A stretch of 64,000 nt of DNA from Octopus vulgaris (lineage: Eukaryota): the NCBI GenBank assembly GCA_951406725.2, contig OX597815.1:47058001-47122000 (forward strand), read 5' to 3'. This document shows positions 26,092 to 38,237 of this stretch, piece by piece. The number at the start of each line of letters is the position of its first letter. Position 1 is the stretch's first letter. Both the position numbers and the translations under genes were made by a program. A model generated the notes under the pieces. That model searched no databases. It was not told the DNA's origin and was given only the letters and a program-made list of their open reading frames with translations.

Positions 26092-29000
26092 ATCTAGTTT
26101 ACTATCAATATGATAAGCTATATGTCAACAAAGAAGAAAAAAGTTGTTAGATGAAGGTTTGCTGGTTCGAACTTCACAAATGAATACATATCGGATGATG
26201 TGTTAGGACATCAAAAATACGCTTTCGATAAACCAAGCATAATAGAAGGCAGGAGGGTACTTCTGAAAACTTTGAAATTCATGGAGACGAAACGAACGCG
26301 CGCGCACACACACACATATTCATACATACACAGAGGAATGAAGAGGGGTGTAAGAAATATAAATAGCTGAACAAAAGAAAGTAGTAGAAAGAGTTAAAGC
26401 AAGAAATTAAAATAATGATAACCGTCATATTGCCTCAAATTTAAAATATTAGAAAAGCTAAATGCAGAGGCAGATTTATTTTACCTCAAAATATAACTGG
26501 TACCTTTAGGCGAGTTTTAATATTAGATACGGCACTTTCTATATTGGAATTTAAGTGTATCCATGATAATTAATCTATCAACTCTTGTTTTTACGGTTTT
26601 CGTTTATTAGCCTCTGGTCAACACTGATTGTGCAGGCCTATATTCAAATGTATTCCAGCAATGAGCATCATGCCAAGTTTATTTGATCTTCAGCTTGAAA
26701 ATTTGCTAATGGGTTTCTAGAGGGAAAACAGGAGGGCTAGGAGAGAAATCTGGGTGATTAAAGTATTGAGGCGAAAGGATTGGGTGAAACATTTAGGATA
26801 AGAATAGAAGAATTCTGAGAAGTAAGTGAGTTACAGTAGTTATTTTCATCTTACTGCTTTTGTTTTTTTTTTGCTTTTAATCGACCTCAGATTAAAAAGC
26901 AAAACAAAACAAAAGCAGTATCAAGTAAGTATTGATAAATTAGCAGAGTCGCTAGATTAGCGGTTCGAATGAATGCCTTACAGTATTCGTTGAGTATCTC
27001 TGCGATCTGAATCAAATTTTCTACTGTACTCAGCTTTGTCTCTTGTCCTTTGTGGGTCGATGTATATCTATAAAGTGCCAGTCCAGGGACGGTGGTTTGG
27101 TGTAGTTGTGAAAGCGTCGGACGAAATTGCTTTATGGCGTCTGTTCCGGTTATTTGCGCTTTCGTTTCAAATTCTACTAAGGTGTAAATGGTCGAAAGCT
27201 AATCCCACGGCTTAGAGAACAACTGGTCAATGGAAACAAGCTGACACATAACAAGAAAGAAAAACTAGCAGTGTTCTAGTCATGAGCTTACCCTACGTTT
27301 GCAGATTGTGTCTAGGATATCATTCTCTAGTATTTCTTTCATTGTTTAAAACTTTTAATAGGTAATACATATGAGAGGGAAATCGCTGCTATTTCTAGCA
27401 ACCAGAGAGATCTCAAATGAACCACCATCTTTTGTTCTGCAGTGATTTCTTCGTTCCTTCACACAGGCTCTCCCTGTTTGCGGTGGCTTATTGTTGCTGT
27501 TTTGTTGTTATCATTATTGATAGTGATATTGGTCGAGCGATGTTTAATTTCAAGTCGACCTAGGTCTAGTAAATCAATGATCAGAAACGTTGCAGGCGTG
27601 ACTATCTCTTCTGCATAACAAGGACTAGCATTTTACTAGGTCTCCTTCATTTTAAGACAGAAATTTGGTTGCTTTTCCTTGTAGGTTCTCCGACCTCGTA
27701 AAGGCTCTCTTATTACGAGGGAAATGTTATTGTTCGTCATGATAGTGGTTAGTTTGTGTTGTTACAACCACTCTTTCTTTCTGCAAATGGTTTCGTCTAA
27801 AGTGCATTTTTGTGCACCAACACATCAATGCCAATCACACAATATTGACCGTAACTCTTTTCTCATTAGAGCGTGACACTTGTCTCCATGGTACGAATTT
27901 TATCCCGAAGTAGAAGTGCTTATTTTTCTTTTGTCAAAGCTTTATTCGTTTTTGTGCCTTATCAGCTCTCACTGGACACTGAAGCGAATATACAGGATCA
28001 CATGAACAGAAAGCTGACATGTAAGAATGACAGGACGATAATTTTCCGGTGCCTTATTGAGAGCGCAGTAAAACTATTAGAATGTGTACCTGTACTACGA
28101 AAACCAGCTGCCTCTTTACACAATTCTCTACTGTGTATATTTATTACTAGTTTTCAAACAAAGGTAATGTTGATTATTACGAGATAGAGAAGAAATCGAT
28201 CCTGCATTTCAGAAGGATTTGTTGACAGTTCTTTCACCAAACATAAAACCATTCAGTTTGCATTCAATTCCATCATTATAATGTTTAGATAGAAAAGAAG
28301 AAAGATGATGTGAGTGGGATGATGGTGATGAATAGTAAAAGGTTCATTCCAAACGAAATAGTAAAACCTCCTGCTAGCTATTAATTGAAATGTTATCAAA
28401 ACTGACCTCCCTAAGCAACATATTATCACATTTCCTTTGGCAACACAATCACATTCTCGCTTTCGCCGCATCATCACATCCCCGTCGCCTTCTTGTACAG
28501 TGGGTCAACCAACCTATAGTTGACACCAGCCACTGTCTCACACACTATTCTGTCTGTTTATTTCTCTCTAACTGCATATCGACTTCCAGCTAAAGCCCAC
28601 TTACTCAGGAGCGGTGTTTTTATGTATGTATATATAAATACAAATGCAAATAAGAATTCTCTAAAGAAGATATTGGCATTTCGGAATAAATTGAATTGGA
28701 CAAAAACGAGAGAGAGAAAGAGAGAGAGAGGGGAAAGAGGGAGGAAAGGAGAGAAATCTACGGGTTTCAGTGAAAGTCACGCGTGTTGGAAACCTCTTAA
28801 CGGTATTAAATTTCAAAGGATGATCCCTGTCCGTGGTACGGCTCCTAGATAAAGCTGTTTCTTCGATTCTGTACAGTATATTAACCACGAAGAAAAAGAA
28901 GAAAATAAAACAAACTAACAAAGCAACAACACATACGAAATAAATCAACCTATGTGAAAGCATTGACTTTAGCGTATCTTATTTACAGTTTCTATTTAAT

Positions 29001-29261
29001 TTATTTACGGCTTTCCAGCTAAGTCTTCGACCCAAGGCGAATTTGTTTCGTTTTCGGTTCTTTAAAAGTTGCATTTGTCACTAATTCAATCAAACACATG
29101 TTTTAGTCTTGTTTATTTGTTCAATTCCTTTTAGTCATTCTTATTTTGCTTAGTTTCGTTGTACCCAATTATGCTACTGTTTAGCCCGAGGACGATCCGA
29201 ATCAAGAAGGCCAATGATTGATAACCTTACAACTATGATCAATCTTATCTCCCTTGTATAT

Positions 29262-29640
29262 TCTTTTATTCTTTCATTTGTTTCAGCCATTTGACTGCCG
29301 CCATGCTGGAACATCATCTTTAGTCGAACTAATCGACCCCAGGACTTATTCTTTGTAAGCCTAGTACTTATTCTATCGGTCTGTTTTGCCGAACCGCTAA
29401 GTTACGGGGACGTAAACACACCAGCATCGGTTGTCAAGCGATGGTGGGGAGACTAACACAGACACACAAACACACACATATATATACGACGGGATTCTTT
29501 TAGTTTCCGTCTACCAAATCCACTCACAAGGCTTTGGTTGGCCTGAGGCTATAGCAGAAGACACTTACCTAAGGTGCCACGCAATGTGACTGAATCCGGA
29601 ACCATGTGGTTGGTAAGAAAGCTACTTACCACACAGCCAA
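29262..29640 (-). mobile_element. SINE family B, nested in a family D copy
   Basis: Consensus match. Family D halves lie at about 29175-29250 and 29700-29755. Confidence 0.88.
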
Positions 29641-30550
29641 CGGAGTTGTTGATATCTCAAGGATATAGACATTGAATTTTGTATATTTGTTCATTATTAA
29701 AACTGCTGTGTATTTTGAGAGGTTTGGCCGTTATTCTTAGCAAGTAGAGCAATCGTTATTTTTCGAATAGGTAAACGTAGATTCGTCAATAGCCTAATGA
29801 CAGAAAGCCTAAGCATCGTGAAAGGAAGAGAAAGATTATAGGTGGATGAATCATGTACGAATTCCATTCCGTTCAGCCGTTTTCAGTCCTCTGAAGATTA
29901 AGCACCACTGCTTAAAACGCAGAGGAGTGGAAGATTGTTAAATGACAGACATTAACAAGGAGGTTTTATTCCGCATCAAAAGTTGTCAAGATCTCTGATA
30001 TTCATATTTCCCAGACTACCGCTTTTCTCCATCTAATTAGAATGAATGAGAAATTAGTAGTAATATGAGTATATATTTTACGTTTATAAGCTCGTTTTGC
30101 AAGATTCCAGATTAGAAATCGTGTGTTGAAACAAATATTGTTATATTTAGGGGTGTTTGTTTTTCGTGCCAAATAAACACACGCTCTATATATTCGATCT
30201 TCACTCATTTATTAATGTTCTTTTTTTATGTTGTGTCCATTGTCTGGAAATCTTTCGTGACACATCTGTGACCTTTTCAGTGACCCTTTCTATCCACGTG
30301 TATCCGCCTAGTCCATTCTGTTTTATGTGTATCCTTGTCATGCGTTTGCGTCTGTGTGTGTATGTATGTGTGTGTGTGTGTGTGTGCACGCGTGCGCGTG
30401 TACATACGCATGTCTGTGTTTATTGCATGTGTGTGTGTGTGTATATGGGCTTGCCCAGACGGAGCAGGAAGATATACGTCGATTGAAAAGGTCGCTGAAG
30501 AGATCACAGATGGGTGACAAAAGATTTCCTCAAAACGGAAATAACATAAA

Positions 30551-30863
30551 CAATTGCAGCGTGGACGGTGTTTATAAGCCATTCAAGAAACACACAAAAA
30601 CTGTTAGATTCACTTCAACATTTAAATTTAATTTGTAAAAATATTTTCGTCGCTTTGCAGCACGAAGTTTTGTCAGTGAACAGGTCGCGGTCTCAAAGCG
30701 TCGAAAATATTTTGACAAATTAAATTTAAATGTTGAAGTGAATCTAACGGTTTTTGTGTGTTTCTTAAATGGCTTATAAACACCTTCCACGCTGCAATTG
30801 TTTTTCTTCCAGCACACGATCTCAGATCAAGTCACTTGCTATGCAAGTACATCTCCGTAATTC
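30551..30863. mobile_element. Fold-back insertion (arms about 110 bp) flanked by a 15-bp direct repeat; probably an inverted Penelope-type pLTR product
   Basis: Arms 30548-30657 and 30694-30803 are near-perfect reverse complements. CGGAAATAACATAAA occurs at 30536-30550 and 30864-30878. Confidence 0.75.
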
Positions 30864-30938
30864 CGGAAATAACATAAAATATGAAAAGAAAAAAAAATGA
30901 TCATACCAAAATATAACAATACATTGTTCAACCCTAAA

Positions 30939-31105
30939 TACGAAGGGATGTTGAGAAGTTCTTGGCTTTGGGTAAAAAGAAAGGAGGATCAATTATTTAT
31001 GATTTTATTCAACATATTCGGCTCTCAGATTTATACACTTATTGCAGCAGCCATTCAGTTTTTCTAACCCCTGTAAAAGAACTCGGAAGGTTGGACCTCC
31101 AGCCA
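30939..31105. mobile_element. Mariner-like terminal fragment
   Basis: TA followed by CGAAGGGATGTTGAGAAGTT resembles mariner TIRs, followed by a typical subterminal TTTATTCAACATA..ATACACTT. No partner TIR is visible. Confidence 0.5.
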
Positions 31106-31468
31106 GGCGTTTCATGATACCCATTAAGCCAGGCGCTTTTCAACCCCCGCGTAAGTATGTGTGGGTTTTTATGTACGTGTGCGTATGTATGTGTGTATAT
31201 GTGTGTGTGAACATATATGTAAGTATATTTATACATCGGCGTATATAGATACCAATATCTATGCATACATATACATCTCTTCCTCCCTCCCTAACTCCCC
31301 CCTCTCTCTCTTACGCGCACACTCATATACACATATTGTATTTACACACATAGACGCACATACATACGTCCTGCTTTACTTTCAGATATAGTATATCCTG
31401 AACAATAATGTTCTATATTAGCTTCAAAAATAAGAATGTGGTTATAGATTGATTGACAGACACTTAGG

Positions 31469-31557
<89 letters not shown>
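31469..31557. repeat. (GATA)n microsatellite
   Basis: Direct reading of the sequence. Confidence 0.98.
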
Positions 31558-32225
31558 TAAGGGAACACATATTGGGTTCTGCACTAGCTACTGTTCGTAA
31601 GTGCAGTACCAAATGATATTTATTGCCTGAATTGAATATTTCATGTCGAAGAGAAATCCCAATATGCCAAAGAAATCTATTTACAGTCACTGGATTTGCT
31701 AGAAATATTGGCAAAATATTCCTTTAGAGTCATTCTTACAAAAGCAGAGACATAGAGAATAACGTTGAAAGATGGGATGGCCATAGTAAGAATGTCTTTA
31801 CACTTGTGACGAGTCTGTCCGACTAGAACTGACCTGGGTCACAACAACGACAAAAAATCATTTGCTGCCGGGAAACGCGATTCTGTAAAATCGTATTGAT
31901 TTCCATTGCCTTCTTCGAGCAACTCTGGTGTGTATACGTCCCGTAACTTAGCGGTTCGGCAAAACAGACCGACAAAGTTAGAATGTCTACTCTCCGATAA
32001 TACAATACTTCTCGTGTTTAAGTCAGTGAACTGTGGTTTCTCCTATATTCTTATTTTACAAAGTAGTTGCAAATAAGCGTCTGGAACTTACGTGGTCGTG
32101 TAATGACTCTCCTAGTGACACCCGCAATCAAGAAGCCGAAGGCACTTGGGTTAGAGTGTTGACATGCTGGGTGATGTGGCTTAAAGAAATTTTAGTAAGC
32201 AACACTCTTCAGCTACGATTGTTAA

Positions 32226-32588
32226 ACGCAGTGGCTGTGTGGTAAGTAGCTTGCTTCCCAATCACATGGTTCCGAGTTCAGTCCCACTGCGGGACACCTT
32301 GGGCAAGTGTCTTCTACTATAGCCTCGGGCCGACCAAAGCCTTGTGAGTGGATTTGGTATGTGTGTGTGTTTGTGTGTCAGTGTTTGTCCCCCCCAACAT
32401 CGCTTGACAACCGATGCTGGTGTGTATACGTCCCCGTAACTTAGCGGTTCGGCAAAACAGACCGACAGAATAAGTACTGGGCTTTCAAAGAATAAGTCCT
32501 GGAGTCTATTTGCTCGACTAAAGGCGGTGCTCCAGCATGGCCACCGTCAAATGACTGAAATAAGTAAAAGAGTAAAAGAATAAAGAGA
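32226..32588 (+). mobile_element. SINE family B
   Basis: GCAGTGGCTGTGTGGTAAGTAGC..CACCTTGGGCAAGTGTC..ATGACTGAAATAAGTAAAAGAGTAAAAGA. Confidence 0.92.
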
Positions 32589-32849
32589 GCACTAGCTTGT
32601 ACATGCGCACGCGAACACACATGCGTGAAATATGCCTATGACAAAAAAAAAAACTCTTAGAGAAATAGAAACGTTATTAACGTTTCGGAGGCATTCCCGT
32701 CAGCAGAAAGAGAGAATGAGAGGCAAAGAAAGAAAGAAAAACGCAGAAACAAAATATAAAGCACATATAGAAGCATTGAAGTAGCACTTCTGATATGCAA
32801 ACACGCTCACAGGTTACACCAATATGTTAATGTGTTAGTATCTTTTACA

Positions 32850-33298
32850 GTTTATCTTTTACTTATTTCAGTCATTTGACTGTGGCCATGCTGGGGCAAC
32901 GCCTTGAAGGGTTCTTTTAGTCGAACAAAACGACCCAAGGGCTTTCTTTTAAAACCTAGTGCTTATTTTATCGGTTTATTATGCCGAACTCATATGTTAT
33001 GGGAACCTAAACACAACAAAACTGGTTATCAAGCGGTGGTGGAGGACAGACACAAAGACACACACATAGACACACACACACACACATAGACACACACACA
33101 CACACACACACATATGTATATATATATATATATATATATACGACGAGCTTCTTTCAGCTTCCATCTACCAAATCCACTCACATGGTTTTGGTTGGCCCAA
33201 GGCCATAGTAGAAAACACTTACCCAAAGATCCGTGCAGTTAGAGTGAACCCAGAAACATGTGGTCGGGAGGCAAGCTTCTTACCATACAGCCACACCT
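32850..33298 (-). mobile_element. SINE family B, inverted relative to the 32.2 kb copy
   Basis: Consensus match on the minus strand. Confidence 0.88.
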
Positions 33299-33702
33299 AT
33301 ATATCTATATATTTTCTTTAGAGCTGTGAACTTCTTGATGTTTATAAGTGTTACATTGTGCGCACGCGCATATGTATGCATATATATGTATATATATGTG
33401 TATATATATATATTTATGTTAGACCTGACACCGTGTATTAGCCGGTGTTTTTCAAGCGATGAATAGTTTTGCGTAAACCATGGTTCGCTTTGTTCACTTA
33501 CTTTATTATCATCTTATAATCATCTCATAATAATGACTTTTATGATTCTTATTACTACCTCAACCAATCTAAATGTATATATTTGTCGTTACCTGTCATA
33601 AATAGCCTTTTTTTTATTTGCAATGTGCATTTTCGTTGATTTTTCATATTTTACCCTTACATTTACACGTGTATTTTATTTTTTATTTTTGTAATATATT
33701 TC

Positions 33703-33756
<54 letters not shown>

Positions 33757-34354
33757 GTGTGTGTATGTATGTATGAGTGCGTGTTCGTATGCCTGCGCGG
33801 ACATGATTAGTTTCTGCCAACCAAATGTCGCACTAGAAACCTTCGATCGTCTCGATACTGTGCACCAAAGTAAATGGGCAAATGCTCGGTGCTTCGCGAT
33901 CGGACCGAACAGCCACAGCCAATTGTGTAAGTGTGTGTGTGTGTTTGAGTGTTAGTGTGTACGTCTATTATGCACATGCTCGCTCACACGCATATAACTC
34001 TTGTACATACATGCACACATGTATGGTATCTGTTCAAACACGCAGCCGTTGCTGCTTTTCACCATTTCTCTCCGTCTATTTTTTTTATATATTTTTATTT
34101 CTTTTCAAGAAAGACAACAGTTCGAGGGTGTTTCTGAAAGACAGAGCGCCTTATAATGAGTTTTATAAACAGCAATAACACAGATTAGGCTGGGAAATAT
34201 CTCTGAATACACTTGACACGTCGGAATAAATGACAGGCTTTCTTAAAACAACAAATAGTCAAACGAAACGAAAATAAATACTAGTAGTAACAGAAAAATT
34301 GAAATTTTCATTTAGTTTCTGTGAAAACAGAAAGGGAGCTTCTGTGCATATGTG

Positions 34355-34409
<55 letters not shown>

Positions 34410-34411
<2 letters not shown>

Positions 34412-34517
34412 TGTGTGAGTGTGTGTGTGTGTGTTTATGTGTGATTCCCTCTAGTTTTCAATAGCGGCTTACTCACATGTCATGTGTATATTCTTATATA
34501 TGTATGGTAGTTCGAGT

Positions 34518-34556
<39 letters not shown>

Positions 34557-35294
34557 TGTGTGTGTGTATGCGTGCGTGAGTGATTGCATCTGTCTAAATA
34601 TGAGTGCGCGTTTATATATATATATATATATACACATATACATACATATATATACATATACATACATATACATATATATATATATATATACACACACTCT
34701 GTGTAAATCTGCATATGTACGAATGTCAGCATGTATGTATGTGTACACGTGTGTGTGTAAATATATATATATACATAGGTATATATAACTATACATATAC
34801 AAATTTATAAATACTTGTGCATACAAATGTGTGTGAGAGAAAGAAACAGAGAGAGAGAGAGTGAAAGGGAGAGAGGGGAGAGTGTGTGTGTGTGTGTGTG
34901 TGTACGATAGGGTACCATAAACACAACTTTGAAGAAAGCAGTCTGTAAATACACTAGATATTTTCAATGCAGTCGTTATAACAAGAACAGATGTAATTTC
35001 GTTGAGTTTTGAAGCGATAAAAATAGCAGAAGGTTTACATGAAAGATCCCATCTGGGCCATTAAATGGTACTAGCATCGTGGAATATTCTAAATGCAATA
35101 AGAAGCAAACAAAATGTGGCAGAGGAGAAGTAGTAGAAAGGAGTTGGGGATCGAGGCACCAAGAAAGAAAGAATGGAAAGGATATTTAAAAGAAAGGAGC
35201 AAGGACGGATCTATGCGTGTGTTCTAAAGAATATGGTTGTCAATAAGGCTGTGGGTTTGTGGATGTGAATACACACACACACAACACACACACA

Positions 35295-35338
<44 letters not shown>

Positions 35339-35640
35339 AATATACATAGACATATACACATATTTACATGCATACATATACACATACACCACCATATATA
35401 CACACATACAGATACTCATATATATATATATACATATGTATATACACATGCATATATATATACACACACACACGCACATGTACATACATCAGTAAATACA
35501 TACACATATACACACACACACATGTATACACTTGTGAGTAAGATATACACTTGTATAAGAAGATACACTTGTGAGTAAGATGCTACTGAAAACTAGGGGG
35601 AATCACACATAAACACTCACACACACACACACACGCACGA
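34410..35640. repeat. About 1.2-kb region bounded by a non-microsatellite inverted repeat of about 50 bp, with TG-rich and CA-rich inner arms
   Basis: GTGTTTATGTGTGATTCCCTCTAGTTTTCAATAGCGGCTTACTCAC (about 34431-34476) pairs with GTGAGTAAGATGCTACTGAAAACTAGGGGGAATCACACATAAACAC (35571-35616). Confidence 0.85.
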
Positions 35641-36114
35641 ACACGCACACAATCTCATGCACAAACATGCACACAAACATACACATATACACACTTAGAG
35701 ATATATATGGTAATTGTTTGGACTAATTAAATTTGATGTATGGTAAGGATGCACGCTATAGCGTTGCCTCTGAACTAGGGAATTGGGATAATTTCGGTTA
35801 CATACGTACAATCACACAAACACATAAAAATACAATTACTAAAACTTTGTATGTCATTCCTAACAAACTCTACGAACCTCACATGGTCTTTCTAACTCAC
35901 GACATATTCCTGCCATAGATTTGACTGTCTGCTCGATTTTGTTATCAGAGACATATGATTTAATGTATAGACCTAAACAACTGCCACTGCTTTACAAGGA
36001 AAGTTACCCATGGCATATAATATCGAGTGTGTCACCAAGTATATTAAATATTTCTAATCACGAAATCTATGCGTTTTAGAATATGTTATGGTTGTTGTGA
36101 TTATTGTCGTCGTT

Positions 36115-36358
36115 GCAGCTGTTTTCTCATATCACAGGTCAGCTCTGATCGAGTGGTCCTGTGTTCACAGGCATCGACCAGCAGCGGTCAAATTTCCCTT
36201 TTATTCAATATTTTTGTGTTTCACTTTGCGTGCTTTTGACTACATTATCAAGTATGTACTTCCCTTTAATGGCGGCAATGTGATTTGAAGGAGATTTGGT
36301 TGCTATTACTGGTAGATCAAGAGGCATAGCAGCTCACTGCATAGAGGCTCACTCGTCG
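36115..36358 (-). mobile_element. SINE-like repeat family D
   Basis: AGGTCAGCTCTGATCGAG..TGTGATTTGAAGGAGATTTGGTTGCTATT..ATAGAGGCTC. Confidence 0.6.
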
Positions 36359-37428
36359 ATTTGTTCTTGCAGGAATGTTTAATTAGACATCTATCTTCGT
36401 TTATCACCGGTCGTTTTATATCCAGTAGAACTTACTCAGAATAAAACTCTTCACTAGAAACTATCAATCGCTGCATGTCATATGTGCCACATGGCTGTCA
36501 AAACATATACGTATGGTGGTTTATCTAAGCTCTACAGGTTTAACTGATCAGTCAATAGTTCGTGTGATACAACCATATGCTCCTAAATGAACCAAATACG
36601 AATCTTCTACACATTTGGGTTAGACCGCTAGAAATAAAAGCCAAGCCTTACTTAAAACTTGTTAATTTCATCTTGATCTTAAAAATGAAACATAATGCAA
36701 CATAATTTATTTCTGGATATAAAATGCAAGAAACCAGGCTGCAACTCCGATTGCATGATAATGCTCAGTCATAAAAGAACATTCGTAGGGATGTGTCGGT
36801 GGTGGTGGGTGTCATGATTATTATGGTGGAGTTCCTAGTGGAATCTGTGAGGAGGAGGTTGTTCAGCTCTAAATCAGTTTTGATGAAGCAGACGAGTGGT
36901 GTTACAACGCAAACCATCCAGTGAGATGGCTAAAATTAACTTTTTTTCCAGATAAAACAAGACCGTTGTTTCAGCTCATTCTGATCTCTTCAGTAGACTA
37001 TTATCTCTAAGAACGTTTGAAATAGGGGGAGAGTCATTAATGTCGCACTTAAAGTTACTTTTTATTCCCTATGTCAGCCAGATCTGTCAAAGATGTTATG
37101 GTTGCGACAAACTCAGCTATTTCGCTGATACACTACACGCAGAACACTTTATCCAGTATATCCTATTTCCAAGATAGTAAATTATAGTTTGAAGGAGATA
37201 CGTCAGATATTTCCAGCAAGTACAGTTACTCCAAAATCAGTACATTGACTGGCATTGAAAAATATAATTTCATTAAGCCGCAAACATATACAATTACAGT
37301 ATAAATATTTTATATCGTTCGGTGTACCAGCTATCTATTGTTTCAATACACCGCTCATTTCTACTTAATTGATTGAAGACGCTTGATATTGCGATCTAGT
37401 ACTATTTCATTGGCATTTGTAATGTATA

Positions 37429-37650
37429 TAAAGTTTATATATAATAATCGTGCGATTATTATATATAAACTTTAATTTACAGTTCTACATTTAAGAGAGG
37501 AAGAATTATATACATTATTTACATTTGACGGATATTTGTCTTCATGTTAAACACAACGTTTCGGCTGATATACCCTCCAGCCTTCATCAGGTGTCTCGGA
37601 GAAATTTCGAACCTGGGTTCTCATTCCTAAGGTATTTTTCGATGTTGTTG
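37429..37650 (-). mobile_element. Penelope-like pLTR fragment with a hammerhead ribozyme and a terminal 22-bp perfect palindrome
   Basis: Hammerhead at 37550-37595, AT-rich tail, and a palindrome at 37429-37474. Confidence 0.75.
37550..37595 (-). ncRNA. Minimal type I hammerhead ribozyme motif
   Basis: Minus strand reads GACAC CUGAUGA A GGCUG gaggguauau CAGCC GAA ACGUU GUGUU: canonical core, 5-bp stem II, 5-bp stem I, palindromic ACGU stem III, GUU cleavage triplet. Confidence 0.8.
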
Positions 37651-37654
37651 TTGT

Positions 37655-38237
37655 TGGAGCATATTGACTTGCAAGCTAATACTTTGTTGAAAGAGAAGCA
37701 CAGAGAAGGAAAACTCATTGAATTTTATCGCTACTTGCCTGCTGATAAGTTTTCAAAATTTGCCTCAGGTACGGCATCAATTTTTGGAACACCTTATGTT
37801 TGTAAGCAAACTTTTTCAAAAGTGAAGTGTGTGAAGTCAATACATCGAACAAGGCTCCCTGATGAACATTTGAAAGCAATTCTTATGGTTGGCTGCAGCA
37901 ATCATAAAGCAAATGATGATATTTTGGAAGCAAAACGCCAGTTTCATAAATCTCATTAATTTTTGTGCTGTTTACTTTTTAATCAATTCGGCTATGTGCA
38001 CACTTTTTCTAGAAATTCTAACTTGGTAATATTTTCGTATTATTAAAATATGTTTATTGTTTTTATTATTTTGTGTATTTTATGTTTTGATAAATAAATA
38101 GGATAGCTGTCATTATTTTTTGTGTACATTCAGTGTATTCTATATTGTACTGAATTGAACAAAATATTTATCCGGTCCGCGCTTGGCATTCTTTTAGCTA
38201 TATCTGGCCCACTATAAAAAAAGTTTGGTGACTCCTG
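37655..38237 (+). mobile_element. 3' fragment of a hAT-Charlie DNA transposon (transposase C-terminal dimerisation region plus 3' TIR)
   Basis: EHIDLQAN..LIEFY..SIFGTPYVCKQTFSKVKCVKSIHRTRLPDEHL..QFHKSH* is a GTF2IRD2/EPM2AIP1-like hAT tail. The element ends AAGTTTGGTGACTCCTG. Confidence 0.85.

Noticed and set aside
37655-37959. Domesticated GTF2IRD2/EPM2AIP1-like host gene
   Set aside because: Only the C-terminal tail is present, it is followed by a TIR, and conserved residues are altered.
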